Positions 61,779 through 64,000 of a DNA stretch of 64,000 nucleotides are shown one piece after another. Every line of letters starts with the position of its first letter. Positions within the stretch are counted from its first letter, which is position 1. The position numbers and the translations under genes were made by a program. The notes beneath the pieces were generated by a model. The model was not told where the DNA came from. It made no database searches and saw nothing but the letters and a program-made list of their open reading frames with translations. The stretch is from an uncultured Alphaproteobacteria bacterium (GTDB lineage: Bacteria; Pseudomonadota; Alphaproteobacteria; Rhodobacterales; Rhodobacteraceae): positions 602,448 to 666,447 of the forward strand of contig CAWKBV010000001.1 in NCBI GenBank assembly GCA_963847935.1. Reading direction: 5' to 3'.

Positions 61779-64000
61779 CCGCTTCGGGTCAGGAAATATC
61801 CGGTCTGGCCGGCGGCGATCGGTTCGAGGCATCGTGGAATCTGGTCCGAGACAAAGCCGTTGAGCAACAGGCCTATATCACGCCGCGCCTCGGGCACGTC
61901 GAACACATTCTTGTGGTTGATCCAGTCGCTTTCGTCGGAGCTCTCCAAGGGCGTGGTATCCACCGTCATCGCGTCGGCGCGGACGAAGCGGCCCTGCCCG
62001 CCCTGGCCCAGCCGTGGCTCGCCGGGGTTCATAACCTCGGTCGAGATCTTCAGCGCAACGTCATTCGCCGAGACATAAAGCGTGAGGTGGTCGGACACGG
62101 ACCGGAAACTGCTGTAATGCCCGTCGAAGCGAACCGCGTCGATGTCGGGGGCCGCCAGGATCAGATTTGCCAGACCGAAGGGTCCGAGCGCCTGCGATGG
62201 GTCCCCGCAGCCGCCCGACATCAGATCGAACAGGTAGCCTCCCATGCTGTGCGCCACAACCTGGACATGGTCGGCGCCGAAGGCGTCGCCGATCTGGCGC
62301 AGGATGCCCAGGAAGGCAACGCAGCTGGCATCCGCCATCACCTTGTCATGACTATAGGCGAGCTGGATTTCCGAGCCGGTATTCCAATGGAGCACGGTTT
62401 CCGCCCCGGACGCCCAGGACAGGAGGATGGGCACCGCCTTGACCCTGCTGCGGTTCGCGAGAAGCGCGAGCCGCGCCGCCGCCTCGTCGAAGGAATTGTT
62501 GAAGCCGTGGATGAAAACCACGGCGTCAGCGATCCCGTTTGCCTCGGCTTCGCGCTTGAGATCCGCGAGAAAAACATCGGGCGCCGCGTTTTGGGGGTTG
62601 GTTTCGGGATTGCTGATCGACAGGCCGCGTTCCATCGCGCAATTCGTCAGCGGCAGGGTGCAAAGGGCATCCTCCGTCAAGGTGCGGGGCGGCGCGTCGG
62701 GGTCAAGCTGGGTGCGGATCACCGTGTTCGTGACGCCGACATGCAGCGTATCGTCCTTGCGGTTTTCATATCCCCGTCCGTCCGCGTCGGGGACGCGGTT
62801 CGTGACGTACCAGACCGGCGTCGGGCGGCACTGATCGGCATCATGGGCGCAGGTTCCTTCGAGGATATTGTCGAAGTCGTCCTGATAGCGGCCCTCCGGG
62901 TCGCTTGCCATTCCGTTCAGCGCATAGAGGTATTGCTGGTCTGGGTCGTCCGTGCGCTGCGCAAGCGCGACATAGGCATTCGGCGCGCCGAGTTCCGCGG
63001 CGTCGCGCAGCGCACCCATCGCCTGCGCGGTCGAAAGTCCGAGGTCGAGATCGGGATTGTCGAGCGCAAGGATGCCGGACTGGGCCAAGGCGTAGGGATC
63101 GACGGTTGCCGCGCTGCGATAGGCGTCAAAGGCCGTCTGGACATTGCCTTCGGCGTTGGCGATATCGCCGATGTAACGGCCCGCCGTAACGGCGGATGAA
63201 GCCTTGATGCGGGAGAAGACGTCACTCCTTTCGCCATCGGTCCGCGCCGTCTGGTAGGTCTGGTAGAGCGCCGAGACGTTCCCCTCTCCGGCCGCGTGCG
63301 TCACGGCTGCGACAACCGCCGGGTCGGCCAGCGTGCGTCCCTCGTCATTCACGAGATAGTCGACCAGAAGCGGGGCCGCCTCGACGTCGTTTGTCGCGGC
63401 AAGGGTCAGATACTCCCTCGCCCGATCCGCGCCGCCCTGGTCGAGCAAGCCGATGCGGAACGCGTTGCCAAGCTCAAGCGCCGCGCTTGTCCTGACTGCC
63501 GGGTCCGCCGCGCCCAGCGCCTGCGACAGGTAGACCTGCGCTTCCGCCGTGTCGCGCCGCCCGCCGATGCCGTAAAGTCGCGCCCGTCCGGCGAGGACGG
63601 CGGCCTCCGGCGCGCCCGCATCGGCGGCGCGACGGTAGATTTCGACCGCCGCTGCCGCGTCGCCGTCGACCAACTCGGTCACCAGACCGCGACGAAAGAT
63701 GCCCTCCGCACTTCCGCCCATCCGACCCGTCGCGTCGCGCAAGGCGTCGTCGCTGATCGATCGGTTTCCCCGGGCCCAAAGCGAAAGCCCCTGGTCGAGC
63801 GTCCGGACGTCGACATTCGGAGCGCTGCGCAGCCGCCGCTCGATGCCGCCCGCCTCGTCCCGGACCGGCGGGAGCAGGCGCTGGAGGTCCGGCGCGACAG
63901 TCGTCGCATCCCCCGCGGCGGCATCAAGGCCCAGCGCTCGGGGCAGGGCGATCGGCCGATCGAGGTTCAACCGCCGGCTGTCCTGCGCTGCCGCGGAATG
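61772..64000 (-). CDS. Sel1-like repeat protein fused to a DUF900-type alpha/beta hydrolase (5' end may lie outside the window)
   Basis: The C-terminal half has 'VVFIHGFNNSF' and the nucleophile elbow 'VVAHSMGG'. The N-terminal half has Sel1/TPR-like 'A..YL..A...G...A' repeats. The frame stays open to position 64000. Confidence 0.7.
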   Translation of the reverse strand, partial: HSAAAQDSRRLNLDRPIALPRALGLDAAAGDATTVAPDLQRLLPPVRDEAGGIERRLRSAPNVDVRTLDQGLSLWARGNRSISDDALRDATGRMGGSAEGIFRRGLVTELVDGDAAAAVEIYRRAADAGAPEAAVLAGRARLYGIGGRRDTAEAQVYLSQALGAADPAVRTSAALELGNAFRIGLLDQGGADRAREYLTLAATNDVEAAPLLVDYLVNDEGRTLADPAVVAAVTHAAGEGNVSALYQTYQTARTDGERSDVFSRIKASSAVTAGRYIGDIANAEGNVQTAFDAYRSAATVDPYALAQSGILALDNPDLDLGLSTAQAMGALRDAAELGAPNAYVALAQRTDDPDQQYLYALNGMASDPEGRYQDDFDNILEGTCAHDADQCRPTPVWYVTNRVPDADGRGYENRKDDTLHVGVTNTVIRTQLDPDAPPRTLTEDALCTLPLTNCAMERGLSISNPETNPQNAAPDVFLADLKREAEANGIADAVVFIHGFNNSFDEAAARLALLANRSRVKAVPILLSWASGAETVLHWNTGSEIQLAYSHDKVMADASCVAFLGILRQIGDAFGADHVQVVAHSMGGYLFDLMSGGCGDPSQALGPFGLANLILAAPDIDAVRFDGHYSSFRSVSDHLTLYVSANDVALKISTEVMNPGEPRLGQGGQGRFVRADAMTVDTTPLESSDESDWINHKNVFDVPEARRDIGLLLNGFVSDQIPRCLEPIAAGQTGYFLTRSGC

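Overview
This is a high-GC (roughly 60-68% by hand counts) alphaproteobacterial chromosomal segment. Gene content and synteny look Rhodobacterales-like: a DUF2484 pair inside the dcw cluster, a DUF1127 gene followed by CCUCCUCCC hairpins, and bolA, a J-domain gene and cobS/cobT together. All product calls come from motifs I recognise in the supplied translations; no database search was possible.

Layout. The centre of the window (about 20.1-42.5 kb, minus strand) is a complete division/cell-wall (dcw) cluster: mraZ-rsmH-ftsL-ftsI-murE-murF-mraY ... murD ... ftsW-murG-murC ... murB ... ddl-ftsQ-ftsA-ftsZ. It is followed by lpxC-bamD-recN. The left arm carries two DUF4177 paralogs, bolA, a J-domain protein, cytochrome c peroxidase, a Tat-signal MsrB, cobS/cobT, aminopeptidase P, DUF427, a ClC channel and a GlcD-like oxidase. 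The right arm carries apbC/mrp, the DUF1127 gene with its sRNA-like hairpin array, ydeI-like, uvrD, an lldD-like gene, pyruvate carboxylase, tRNA-Gly, prs, tRNA-Leu, putR-putA, a rhomboid protease, a GFA-family protein, an IMPase, a GDPD-family gene and a Sel1/DUF900 hydrolase that is open at the window edge.

I found no transposase, integrase, CRISPR array or recognisable defence gene. This is mostly core genome.

Items worth a second look:
1. Eight tandem hairpins presenting CCUCCUCCC downstream of the DUF1127 gene (CcaF1/CcsR-type locus).
2. An atypical-composition 426-aa orphan inserted in the dcw cluster, preceded by four exactly phased 11-bp direct repeats.
3. A 438-bp low-GC ORF wedged between cobS and cobT with overlapping stop/start codons on both sides.
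4. Three clusters of 10-bp-phased (T/C)GGGA boxes (MraZ-operator-like) plus a perfect 13-bp hairpin in the long mraZ leader.
5. At least nine indel-type frame breaks in six conserved genes, including essential murE. This argues for sequence error rather than real decay.
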